Assembly (NCBI GenBank): GCA_028718805.1
Contig: JAQUKY010000007.1
Location: forward strand, 18,176-82,175
Length of the DNA: 64,000 bases
Direction of reading: 5' to 3'
DNA from: Candidatus Nanoarchaeia archaeon
Lineage (GTDB): Archaea; Nanobdellota; Nanobdellia; Pacearchaeales; GW2011-AR1
The translations under genes were made by a program, and so were the position numbers. The notes under the pieces are model-generated. The model did not search any database and was not told where the DNA came from. It saw only the letters and a program-made list of their open reading frames with translations. Shown piece by piece: positions 31,572 to 39,995 of this stretch (positions within the stretch are counted from its first letter, which is position 1; every line of letters begins with the position of its first letter).

Positions 31572-32021
31572 ATGGTGTCATTAAAAGTTAATATTCATAA
31601 AAAAGATTTATGGCTTTTGTCTGCCATAGTTGTATTTCTGGTCGGAGTTGCTTATGTTATTGCTTATGGCTCAAGCCCTGCAAACCCTGCTGTTTTTGGG
31701 CACACTGCAAATGAAGTTGAAGGGGTGAATAATGCATGGGTTAAATTTAATGGTAGTGCTTCTGTGAGTGGAAGCAGAATATTAGGAAGTAAGGGTGTTT
31801 CATCTGTAACTCATGATGGTGCCGGGATGTATAATATAACCTGGGAAACTCCCTTTGCAAGTTCTAACTATTTAGTTATTGTAGACCCCGGATATATAGA
31901 TGAAGGATCAACGCAATCAGTTACTCCGAATAATGTTGTTGTATGGGTGCATAATAACGGGGGAGCAAGTGGAGGAACCTGGGCAGATACTGATATTGTT
32001 TATGTCATGGCGTCAGAATAA
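31572..32021 (+). CDS. signal-anchored surface protein, paralogue B
   Basis: N-terminal 32 aa and upstream 140 bp are identical to paralogue A. The body diverges. Confidence 0.5.
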   Translation: MVSLKVNIHKKDLWLLSAIVVFLVGVAYVIAYGSSPANPAVFGHTANEVEGVNNAWVKFNGSASVSGSRILGSKGVSSVTHDGAGMYNITWETPFASSNYLVIVDPGYIDEGSTQSVTPNNVVVWVHNNGGASGGTWADTDIVYVMASE

Positions 32022-32068
32022 TAAATTATTATAATCTAATTAATTTAGATCAAAATTTCCTTTTTATT

Positions 32069-32249
32069 AAATAAAAAGAAATCCACATCATTTATGATGT
32101 GGTGCTGATAATCGCTAATGCTGTGATTTAAACGCTTGTGGAAGCAGGTTCAATAAATTGAAGTCCACAGAGCAAAGCGGATAAGAGTAAAGATATAAGG
32201 AAGCCCACGCATTTATGCGTGGGAGGATGTCACATGTATGAAAATCAAT
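32069..32249 (+). repeat. copy 3 of the ~165-nt structured repeat
   Basis: Lies 47 nt after the stop of paralogue B. Its 3' extension gatgtcacatgtatgaaaatc matches copy 2. Confidence 0.8.
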
Positions 32250-32253
32250 ATTT

Positions 32254-32685
32254 TCATTTCATCCAGACAAAAAATCTTAGTTTTTTTGGATTATAATATG
32301 TAAGATTAGAGGTTACTAAAACTTCTGTTGCATAAATATTTTTTTCATATAAAGATGAGTCAGAAGCATATGCAGGGTTATCACATATATCATTTATATT
32401 ACAGATATTGGTTGTAAAGTTCCAGCTATTGGGTATTATCTTAGAAATAGCCTCATTAACTCTTGTATTGCTGTTAATGATTATATCATTTCTTAGGCTG
32501 TCATTCTTGCTTATAATATCTAAAATTTGTCTTTGCTCCTTGTAAATCGAATCAGAGATATCTGTTTCAGGAGCTTTTCTGGAAATGATAACTAACATAG
32601 AACCTACTATGAGTAATATGGCTAGAAACACTTCTAAGATTCTTATCCAAGCTTTCCTGTCTATTTTACTTATTCTTTTCTCCAT
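32254..32685 (-). CDS. pilin-like protein with a putative class III signal peptide
   Basis: DRKA/WIRILEVFLAILLIVG resembles a prepilin cleavage site plus hydrophobic stretch. Confidence 0.4.
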   Translation of the reverse strand: MEKRISKIDRKAWIRILEVFLAILLIVGSMLVIISRKAPETDISDSIYKEQRQILDIISKNDSLRNDIIINSNTRVNEAISKIIPNSWNFTTNICNINDICDNPAYASDSSLYEKNIYATEVLVTSNLTYYNPKKLRFFVWMK

Positions 32686-32700
32686 CTTTTTATTTTTTGT

Positions 32701-32775
32701 CTATAATTTCACTCTTTTTCCGCTTTGCAGATGAGTAGCAAATCTTATTTCTCTCATGCATAACTTACTTCGTCT
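32701..32775 (-). promoter_or_regulatory. conserved upstream/leader element, instance B, upstream of the 32254 pilin-like gene
   Basis: See instance A. Confidence 0.5.
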
Positions 32776-32834
32776 TTGTTTATTACCCACATTCACTTTT
32801 TATTATAAATTAAATAGTGTTATATCTTTTGTAT

Positions 32835-33482
32835 TTACCACACTCTTATATTTAATATTAATTCCTGGATCTGCCCGTTATTGTTGATAACTCTTACTGG
32901 AATATCCCTTGATTCAACATCAATCCCCTGAGGGATGTTTCTGTCAACACTTAGCTCAGCAGTTTCATTTTCAAGCAAATCTCTTGTCTTAAACAAAAAA
33001 TCATTTGTTATTCCTAAATTTTCTTTCAAATTATCATAACTATCATCACTCATTTCATAACTCGTTTTTAATTTTTTAAGATTATCTTCTAAAATCATTT
33101 CTTCTTTGGAATAGACTCCCAATGTATAATTTGTTTGATTACAATTAATATTTTTTATAGTGGCATTATTATTAAAAATATCATTAAAATAAATAGTATA
33201 TTTTATATTGCTCTCTTGAACTTCTTGATAATCCCCATCATAATCTGCTTCATTAAAATAATAACAAGTTCCGTTTACATTTAAAATTATAGAGAGTTTT
33301 CCAACACTATCACTTATGTTATTGATTATTCCCTTCTGAGCATTATCCATAATGTAATTCGGTTCTTCTGTCTTGGCAAAAGGGTTCAGAAAAATAAATG
33401 TAAATATCAGAAATCCAATAAAAATCACAAATGAAATCATAACTTCCACATGCCCCTGTGCGCGTTTTTCTTTTTTTCTCAT
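32835..33482 (-). CDS. pilin-like protein with a putative class III signal peptide
   Basis: KRAQG/HVEVMISFVIFIGFLIF. Confidence 0.45.
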   Translation of the reverse strand: MRKKEKRAQGHVEVMISFVIFIGFLIFTFIFLNPFAKTEEPNYIMDNAQKGIINNISDSVGKLSIILNVNGTCYYFNEADYDGDYQEVQESNIKYTIYFNDIFNNNATIKNINCNQTNYTLGVYSKEEMILEDNLKKLKTSYEMSDDSYDNLKENLGITNDFLFKTRDLLENETAELSVDRNIPQGIDVESRDIPVRVINNNGQIQELILNIRVW

Positions 33483-33496
33483 TTTTATTCTCCCCG

Positions 33497-36400
33497 TTAA
33501 TTTTTATATCTTTTTTTGCTTTTGATTATTGTCAAAGCAATAGCAGCAATTATGATAATAACAATAATATAAATCCAGTATTTCTTCAATAAACTTTCAG
33601 TCTTTCCAGTTGTATATTCTGTCATGTTTTCAGTATTGTTAATTAATGCATTCTGTCCTTCTTCTGTTTCAATCTTTTCATAAACGCTTTTTAACGTTAA
33701 ATTAGCCAGGTTGCTTGTTATGCTGTTTAATTTAACATAAAGGTCATAATAAGAATCATTAGTTAATTCAACTTTCCACTCTTCTCCAGCACTCATTAGT
33801 TTTTCCTGCTTTTCACTTGAAATGCTTATCAGTGCAGTTTTGCTTGTGTAATTGATATCTTTGACTTTCAGTTCATGACTTTTGTTATTAATATTAAAAT
33901 TAAATTTCCAGTTTTCTCCTAGTGATTTTGTATATCCATTAGATAAGCTCTCTTTATTAATAGTATAAACTGGCAGTCCTCCTCCGCCAGAAAGACTTGT
34001 TGCAGGCGTAGGGATATCAATTGAAAAACTGACATTCATTGTATCATTTCTGTTTCCTGCTGTATCATTGCAGTAAAACTTAGCAGTATAGCTTCCATCT
34101 CCCAAAGATTTAGTATAATTAAAATTTCTATTATCTGTTGTGTTCATTGTATAATTCGTAATCCCTGAATCAGTTGAATATAAGCAAGTTCCATTGTCAT
34201 CTAAAGTCACATTAAATAATGTTTGGGAAGTTGTGTATGTTGTTGCAGTTGGAGAGTTGATTGTTACTGATGGTGCAATTGTATCAATCAACAGCTGGTT
34301 GCTTCCAGATGCGGTTTCTATACCAGATATATTTAATGTCAAAAGATTTGTTGTTGTGTTATAGTTATATTCTGATGAAGAATAAGTTTTGTTATATGCT
34401 CCTGTATGTGAAGTGAATCTAGGTGAAGAAGGAATTACCGAGGTGTTTATAATTACTGTTAGATTATTTATAGTATCTGTCAAGTTGCTAGAAATATTTC
34501 TTATATTCCCATCAGAATAACTAAACCAGACAGGGGATTTCTCCCTCGAAGTTCCTTCTGTCATATTAAAGTTGTCTAAAACATAGGAATAATTGCTTGG
34601 TGTTAAGGTGATGTTTATGTCTCCATCATTTGAGTTTATATTTGAACTTCCTGCTATTGAATTATTTGAATAATAAATTAATGCATTCGTTAAATTATAA
34701 ATCTGCAACATATAACTATCTGTCGAGTTTGTATTATTAAGCAGAATATATGTTTCTGTTGTTGGATTATATTTATTAAAGAAAAGATTTACCCAAGAAT
34801 AAAGATACTTGCTTGAAGGTGTGAATACTCCTGTTAAGAGATTTATTGTGTAATCTGCTGTTTCTGCCAGAGTTATATTTATACCATCATTTACCCAGGC
34901 AGGACTAGCTGTCGTGCTTCCTAAACTTCCATTATGCAAACCCCCCCCTGAAGAATCATAAGCTATTGTTCCATTATTCTCATTGAATTTATATCTCAAA
35001 ATTAAATTAGTTGCATTTAAATAAGTCATAATGGAATTGTATGTTTGATTAGTATATCCAGTATAAGAAGGAGCATTATTTGCTGGATTAACAACCCCCC
35101 CATGCCACATGTGAATATAATCATCATTTCCTGTTAAGTTATATAAAAATGTTGGTCTATACAAGCCAACATCCCAGCCAGAATTAGGAGCTTCCATTAC
35201 AAAATTAGAATAAGCAGTAAAATACAGAGGATTTGAAGTTGATGCATTAGCAAAACGAATCCCGCCGTTTCCATTATACATCATCCAATATTCATTTTTG
35301 CTTGGAACTTCTATAACATCTAAATGCCACAAACCAAAAGGATGTACTGAGAATGTTACATTATTTATTAAGGTCCAGTTTAATCCGTCTGTGGAATTAT
35401 AATACATAACTAATTGCGATGCATTCCTGTTTTGGCACCACATGCGCCAGATATTATCACTACCATCTATAATTGAACAGGACCTGCTTGAATCTCCTTG
35501 AGAAAGATTCCATGATGCTGTCAGTATTTCATAATTCCAGGTAATTCCATCTGAAGAATTTTGCGAAAGAAGTGTTATGATAGAACCATTAGTCTCAAAA
35601 TAATATGCCCTTAACATATCATTTGTAGAATCATAAACAATATCGATATCTGCATGATAATTTCCAGCAGAAGTTGAATTTATTGGGTTTGTTAACCCAG
35701 CCGGAACCTGCCATCGGGTAGTCGGGCTTAAGCAGGAATCATTGCATACAAATATTGATGGATTTTCAACTTTAGAACTTCCATCTGCAAGCGGCGTATT
35801 TCCCATCCAGTATTTCCATCCATTCCATGTATTTGCAAAATACAATATAGATGGATGTATTGTTTGATTGCTCCCATCATAAGTTGGGATAAAAGTATGA
35901 TCTGTCTGATTTGGGAAAGTGTAACTTTTAGAAATAAATCCTCCAATTTCTGCAGAAGAATTAGTATATAATTGAGATATTTGCGCAGAAGTTAAAACAC
36001 TATTCCAAAAGCGAAAATCTCTTACGGAACCGTTAAAATATACCCCCAACAAAGGATTACCGCCAATAGTGGAATTATAGTTATATGAAGCGGGGAATTT
36101 TGGGGGGCAGGAAGTAGTCACATTCAAGTTTCCATCAAAAAAAATGCTTATATTAGTCAAATCCCAGGTTACAACTGCATTATGCCATTTAGTTGTCTCA
36201 GTCAAAACTTCATCTGCAGAAATTGCACAGTCTCCGTAGGAGCTGGCAAAATAAAATTGCAAGTCATTTTCATCTGCAAATGCTGTCCTTAAAACATAAG
36301 CATAAGAACTGGCTGCTGAACTCCTGTAAAAAATTGGCTTGGATTTCTCGATTTTATTCAGTTTAAACCACACTGAGAAAGTTGCAGCATGATAACTTAA

Positions 36401-36694
36401 ATCAAGGTCATAACGAGCATCACTTTTAGTATTAACAAAATCATTAGTGCCATCAAAACTAAGCCAAGTTGTATTTTTAACAATAGCAGAAAAATTGCCT
36501 ATATAATTCTGGCCTAGATTATTTGTAGAATTTGTTACGAAACTGCTCGAAAAATTAGATATATTGACATTGGAGGTTACATATTTTAATGCATTATTAT
36601 CATCAGAATAAATTGTCACAGTACTAGTAACAATAACTGATAAGAATGAAACTGCAACAAAAAACATTCCCAATAAAATCAATATTTTTTTCAT
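33497..36694 (-). CDS. giant (1065 aa) secreted surface protein with a C-terminal TM anchor
   Basis: Signal peptide. The body is rich in Asn, Ser and Thr with many NxS/T sequons. A conserved membrane-proximal domain is followed by a TM helix and a KSKKRYKN tail. Confidence 0.55.
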   Translation of the reverse strand: MKKILILLGMFFVAVSFLSVIVTSTVTIYSDDNNALKYVTSNVNISNFSSSFVTNSTNNLGQNYIGNFSAIVKNTTWLSFDGTNDFVNTKSDARYDLDLSYHAATFSVWFKLNKIEKSKPIFYRSSAASSYAYVLRTAFADENDLQFYFASSYGDCAISADEVLTETTKWHNAVVTWDLTNISIFFDGNLNVTTSCPPKFPASYNYNSTIGGNPLLGVYFNGSVRDFRFWNSVLTSAQISQLYTNSSAEIGGFISKSYTFPNQTDHTFIPTYDGSNQTIHPSILYFANTWNGWKYWMGNTPLADGSSKVENPSIFVCNDSCLSPTTRWQVPAGLTNPINSTSAGNYHADIDIVYDSTNDMLRAYYFETNGSIITLLSQNSSDGITWNYEILTASWNLSQGDSSRSCSIIDGSDNIWRMWCQNRNASQLVMYYNSTDGLNWTLINNVTFSVHPFGLWHLDVIEVPSKNEYWMMYNGNGGIRFANASTSNPLYFTAYSNFVMEAPNSGWDVGLYRPTFLYNLTGNDDYIHMWHGGVVNPANNAPSYTGYTNQTYNSIMTYLNATNLILRYKFNENNGTIAYDSSGGGLHNGSLGSTTASPAWVNDGINITLAETADYTINLLTGVFTPSSKYLYSWVNLFFNKYNPTTETYILLNNTNSTDSYMLQIYNLTNALIYYSNNSIAGSSNINSNDGDINITLTPSNYSYVLDNFNMTEGTSREKSPVWFSYSDGNIRNISSNLTDTINNLTVIINTSVIPSSPRFTSHTGAYNKTYSSSEYNYNTTTNLLTLNISGIETASGSNQLLIDTIAPSVTINSPTATTYTTSQTLFNVTLDDNGTCLYSTDSGITNYTMNTTDNRNFNYTKSLGDGSYTAKFYCNDTAGNRNDTMNVSFSIDIPTPATSLSGGGGLPVYTINKESLSNGYTKSLGENWKFNFNINNKSHELKVKDINYTSKTALISISSEKQEKLMSAGEEWKVELTNDSYYDLYVKLNSITSNLANLTLKSVYEKIETEEGQNALINNTENMTEYTTGKTESLLKKYWIYIIVIIIIAAIALTIIKSKKRYKN

Positions 36695-36824
36695 TTTGGT
36701 TTTCCCTATTTTTTGATTTATTTTATTCCTAGTAATTTATTAAACTATTTAAGTTTTATTAATCATATTTTGCTTAACTCTTAGTGATATTTGTCTTTGT
36801 ATATTATCCATCTTTATTTATTTT

Positions 36825-37718
36825 TCATCCTATAAGAACCTTGGCACCCGTACTGATTAATACTGCCAATGCAACTAATATAAACGAATGTTTTAATCCT
36901 GCCATCATTTTCCCTTCAGCTAATTTTCCTATTACTAATCCTGCAAAAAACCCCTGGGCTATTAAAAGCCATAAGAAAGGTTGTGCTAGTTGCTGTGCTG
37001 TTGCAATATCCCCCCTTGTCCCTAGATTGAATCCTGGAATTCCTTCTGCACCTGAACCCATTCCGCTCCCCAAACCCGAAGCAATAGGCAATATCTTAAA
37101 CTGCATAACCAGCATTATTATAATAAATATAAAGAAAATAATATATCCCTGCACCATTAAAGTATACATAGCAGCCCTTCTTTCTTTTTTCAATTTTTCA
37201 ACTTGAGACACAGATTTCGCAACAGCTTCAAGGATATCATCTATTTTCCCTCCTGCTTTTTCAGCTTCGCTTATAATTGTAACAGCTCTGGTGACTGTTA
37301 GGCTGTTAACATCTCGTGAAAATGTTTCTAATGCGCTTTTAACTGGTATTCCAAGAGCAATCTGATTTGCCAACTTATTGATGTGGGGATTTAACTTGCC
37401 ATAATCTTTTTTCCTGACATTTAATATGCTTTTGCTTATAGGAGTTCCTGCTTTAACATTTTCAACAAGGTTTCTTGCAAACTCCAAAAACATCTCTTCC
37501 CTTTCTCTTTCCGCGCTTGTTGTCAAAATTATAGAGACAAAAAACGGAAACATAGCAATAACTATTGCTAATCCAAGGACAAAATAAAATATATCTGTCT
37601 CTTTTAGAAAGATAATTGATAAAACTATCGTAGTAATTGCCACGATTAACCCAACTATCTGCCCCTTGTTTGGCTTGTATCTTCTCCAGTCTATGTTTTG
37701 CAAAAAGTCCATTTCCAT
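36825..37718 (-). CDS. type IV pilus platform protein, TadB/GspF-like half (single T2SSF domain)
   Basis: TM, then a cytoplasmic helical domain, then TMs. This is the typical single T2SSF-domain architecture. Confidence 0.55.
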   Translation of the reverse strand: MEMDFLQNIDWRRYKPNKGQIVGLIVAITTIVLSIIFLKETDIFYFVLGLAIVIAMFPFFVSIILTTSAEREREEMFLEFARNLVENVKAGTPISKSILNVRKKDYGKLNPHINKLANQIALGIPVKSALETFSRDVNSLTVTRAVTIISEAEKAGGKIDDILEAVAKSVSQVEKLKKERRAAMYTLMVQGYIIFFIFIIIMLVMQFKILPIASGLGSGMGSGAEGIPGFNLGTRGDIATAQQLAQPFLWLLIAQGFFAGLVIGKLAEGKMMAGLKHSFILVALAVLISTGAKVLIG

Positions 37719-37740
37719 TTTTTGTTTTGTTTATTTTTAT

Positions 37741-37800
37741 TCTATCTATAATCTCAAACTTTTATTCGCTTTGTTATGATTGCTCAAGCGTTTTAGTTTG
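37741..37800 (-). promoter_or_regulatory. related upstream element, upstream of the TadB-like gene
   Basis: aaacgcttgagc...acaaagcgaataaaagtttgagattatag. Confidence 0.4.
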
Positions 37801-37985
37801 AGTTTTACGGATTATGTTTTTTATTAATTTGTTAAACGATTTAAGCTTTGCAGATTATTTCATTAAGCCTTTTTTTATAGCTTTATGTTGTTCTGTCTTA
37901 GCTTATCGTCTTCTGATATTATTGATTTAGTTTTATTTTTAGTATTTGTTTATTACCGATTTTTATATTTATTTTGATTATCATT

Positions 37986-39347
37986 TTAAAATATTGGTTG
38001 TTTTAATCTTAGGAATAATAAAAATCCTACATTTAAGATTACTAAGCACAATATAATTAATACCGCCATTATTTCGGTTGTTAATCCCAAGAAAAACATT
38101 CCAGTGCTTCCCATTATTATAAACAACATTAATAAAATCATTGGGGCCGCAATAGAAATGCTTATATAAATATCCATCAGGGTTTCAGCTGTTTTGGTGT
38201 ATCTTTCCCTTTCTAGTCTATAATCAAATAATAATCCTTCTGCATGTTTATCTAAAAATTCATGCAAATCCCCACCAGAAGTTATTGTTGTAGCTAGGCC
38301 GTCAAGCAATTCTCTTAATTTTGATGAAGGGCTTGAACCAGCAACTCTCTTCAATGCAGTTACAAGGTCATAACCCTGAAAGTTTATAAGATTAAGAAGT
38401 TTTCTGAACTCCAACCTTGTGTTTTTATATTCTTCACTTTTTATAATAATCTCAAATATTGTTGTAGGTTCAATTCCAGAAGTTGCTATTGCAGACATAT
38501 GAATTGCAACAAAAGGCAGTTCCTGATCTATTTTTGCGCTTATGTTTCTGCCCTCGCTCTTAGGGTAGAAATACATAAACATGCCGGTTCCTATTGGAAT
38601 TGCTAAAACAACCCAGAATATATTAAAAAATCTTAATAATAAAGGTTCATCAATAGGAGTTATGCCGCCAAGGCTTATTTTATAAAATAATAAAAATACC
38701 ATCAAAAGTATGCTAAATATTGCAGCCAGCATCATTGTAAACAGGATCATCGAAGCATAGGTTCCAACAACAAAAGGAGAGTTCATCCTTCTCAAATCTT
38801 TATTTAATGGTTCTAAATAACCTTTCATTAGCAGCTTGTTTGAAGTGTTTCTGAAAAATTTGTTGGATGTTTTAGCATAAAAACTAGGCTTTCCAAAGGA
38901 AGCAATTGGCCTTTCAACAGAGAATTTGTTTTTAAGCTGATTAATAGTCAGGTTGCTTTTGCTTAGATTTTCGAGGAATTCTCTCCTGTCTTTTTCACTA
39001 ATTGTTATTTCGACCTTTTCTTTATTAATACTTGGTCGATATTTAATTTGTACAAGCTCTTTTTTAGCTTCGGTTTTATGAACTTCAGGAATCCCCTCAG
39101 ATACTGTTAACTTTTTATAGAACATCACATCTCCTATCAGTTCCGGGATTGATTTGTTTAATATTTTTAACTGAACCATAAGTGAATCAATCGCATCATT
39201 TAGAAGCTTTTTCTCTCTGAGGTTTATAACAATCTTGCTTGTAGCTTCAAGATTTTTGATTAAATTTAACTGATTTGTGAATACATACATTTCTCTGATT
39301 ATTTCCTTCATTCTAAGCATGTTTTGTCTTAATGCATCTGTGCTCAT
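37986..39347 (-). CDS. type IV pilus platform protein, TadC/GspF-like half (single T2SSF domain)
   Basis: N-terminal cytoplasmic region, TMs, a T2SSF-like cytoplasmic domain, then further TMs. Confidence 0.55.
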   Translation of the reverse strand: MSTDALRQNMLRMKEIIREMYVFTNQLNLIKNLEATSKIVINLREKKLLNDAIDSLMVQLKILNKSIPELIGDVMFYKKLTVSEGIPEVHKTEAKKELVQIKYRPSINKEKVEITISEKDRREFLENLSKSNLTINQLKNKFSVERPIASFGKPSFYAKTSNKFFRNTSNKLLMKGYLEPLNKDLRRMNSPFVVGTYASMILFTMMLAAIFSILLMVFLLFYKISLGGITPIDEPLLLRFFNIFWVVLAIPIGTGMFMYFYPKSEGRNISAKIDQELPFVAIHMSAIATSGIEPTTIFEIIIKSEEYKNTRLEFRKLLNLINFQGYDLVTALKRVAGSSPSSKLRELLDGLATTITSGGDLHEFLDKHAEGLLFDYRLERERYTKTAETLMDIYISISIAAPMILLMLFIIMGSTGMFFLGLTTEIMAVLIILCLVILNVGFLLFLRLKQPIF

Positions 39348-39350
39348 TTT

Positions 39351-39523
39351 TAATTCACCTCCGTGATCTCCGAGATTCTCTGATAAAAGTCAAAAATAAC
39401 TTTTTTAGCCTTTTCAAAATTCTCACTGTCATTATCCTGGTAAGCTCTTTCTAGTCTGTTTATTGCTACTTCCATGCTGTCTATCAACTGGGCTAATAGT
39501 TGTAAATGTTCTAAATCCGCCAT
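39351..39523 (-). CDS. small ORF (57 aa) between the ATPase and the platform gene
   Basis: Missed by the ORF track because of its size. Its stop overlaps the start region of the platform gene. Confidence 0.3.
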
Positions 39524-39640
39524 TTTTTTGTTTGTATAAATTGAACTTTATTCAGTAATCTATCAAACGATTTAATATGAGGCAATCATCTTCTTGCTTA
39601 ATTGCTCCTTATTGATTCGTATTTGAAGTTACCAATACAG

Positions 39641-39805
39641 TTAAATTTTTATTTTGTTATTTTTAACCTCCTCTTCTATTTTCTCTAAAACAGCAATATT
39701 AACAAATTGCCTGGCATTTGAATATTTAATTTTCATAGAACCATCTTTGATTAATTTCTTTATTTTCTTCAGTAATTCCTCATCTATCTTTACTACATCT
39801 GTCAT
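39641..39805 (-). CDS. small ORF (54 aa), possibly a ribbon-helix-helix protein
   Basis: MTDVVKIDEELLKKIKKLI... has an RHH-like pattern. It is preceded by the conserved leader element. Confidence 0.3.
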   Translation of the reverse strand: MTDVVKIDEELLKKIKKLIKDGSMKIKYSNARQFVNIAVLEKIEEEVKNNKIKI

Positions 39806-39810
39806 TTTTT

Positions 39811-39890
39811 GTCAGTAATTTCACTCTTTTTCAGCTTTGCAGATGAGTTCGTTAAGCTTAATCTTCCCATCCATAACTTATTTCGTTTTT
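39811..39890 (-). promoter_or_regulatory. conserved ~70-nt upstream/leader element, instance A, upstream of the small RHH ORF and platform genes
   Basis: Shares cgaaRtaagttatgSatg...taagcttaa...ctcatctgcaaagcKgaaaaagagtgaaatta with instance B, with 1 mismatch over the 33-nt core. Confidence 0.5.
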
Positions 39891-39995
39891 ATTTATTACT
39901 AATCCTTTAAACTGTTTATATCTAGTTACTAAAAATAACTTTAAATAACTATCAATAACTTATAGTAACCTATATTTAAAAATCTTGCTGTTCTG

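Noticed and set aside
28512-32021. I considered whether the two paralogous surface proteins are class III (type IV) pilins.
   Set aside because: The N-terminus is KKD/LWLL... rather than (K/R)(G/A/S) before the hydrophobic stretch, so a prepilin peptidase site is not supported. I called them signal-anchored surface proteins instead.
36784-37206. A 140-aa plus-strand ORF.
   Set aside because: It is entirely antisense to the TadB-like membrane gene and is low-complexity, so it is a frame artefact.
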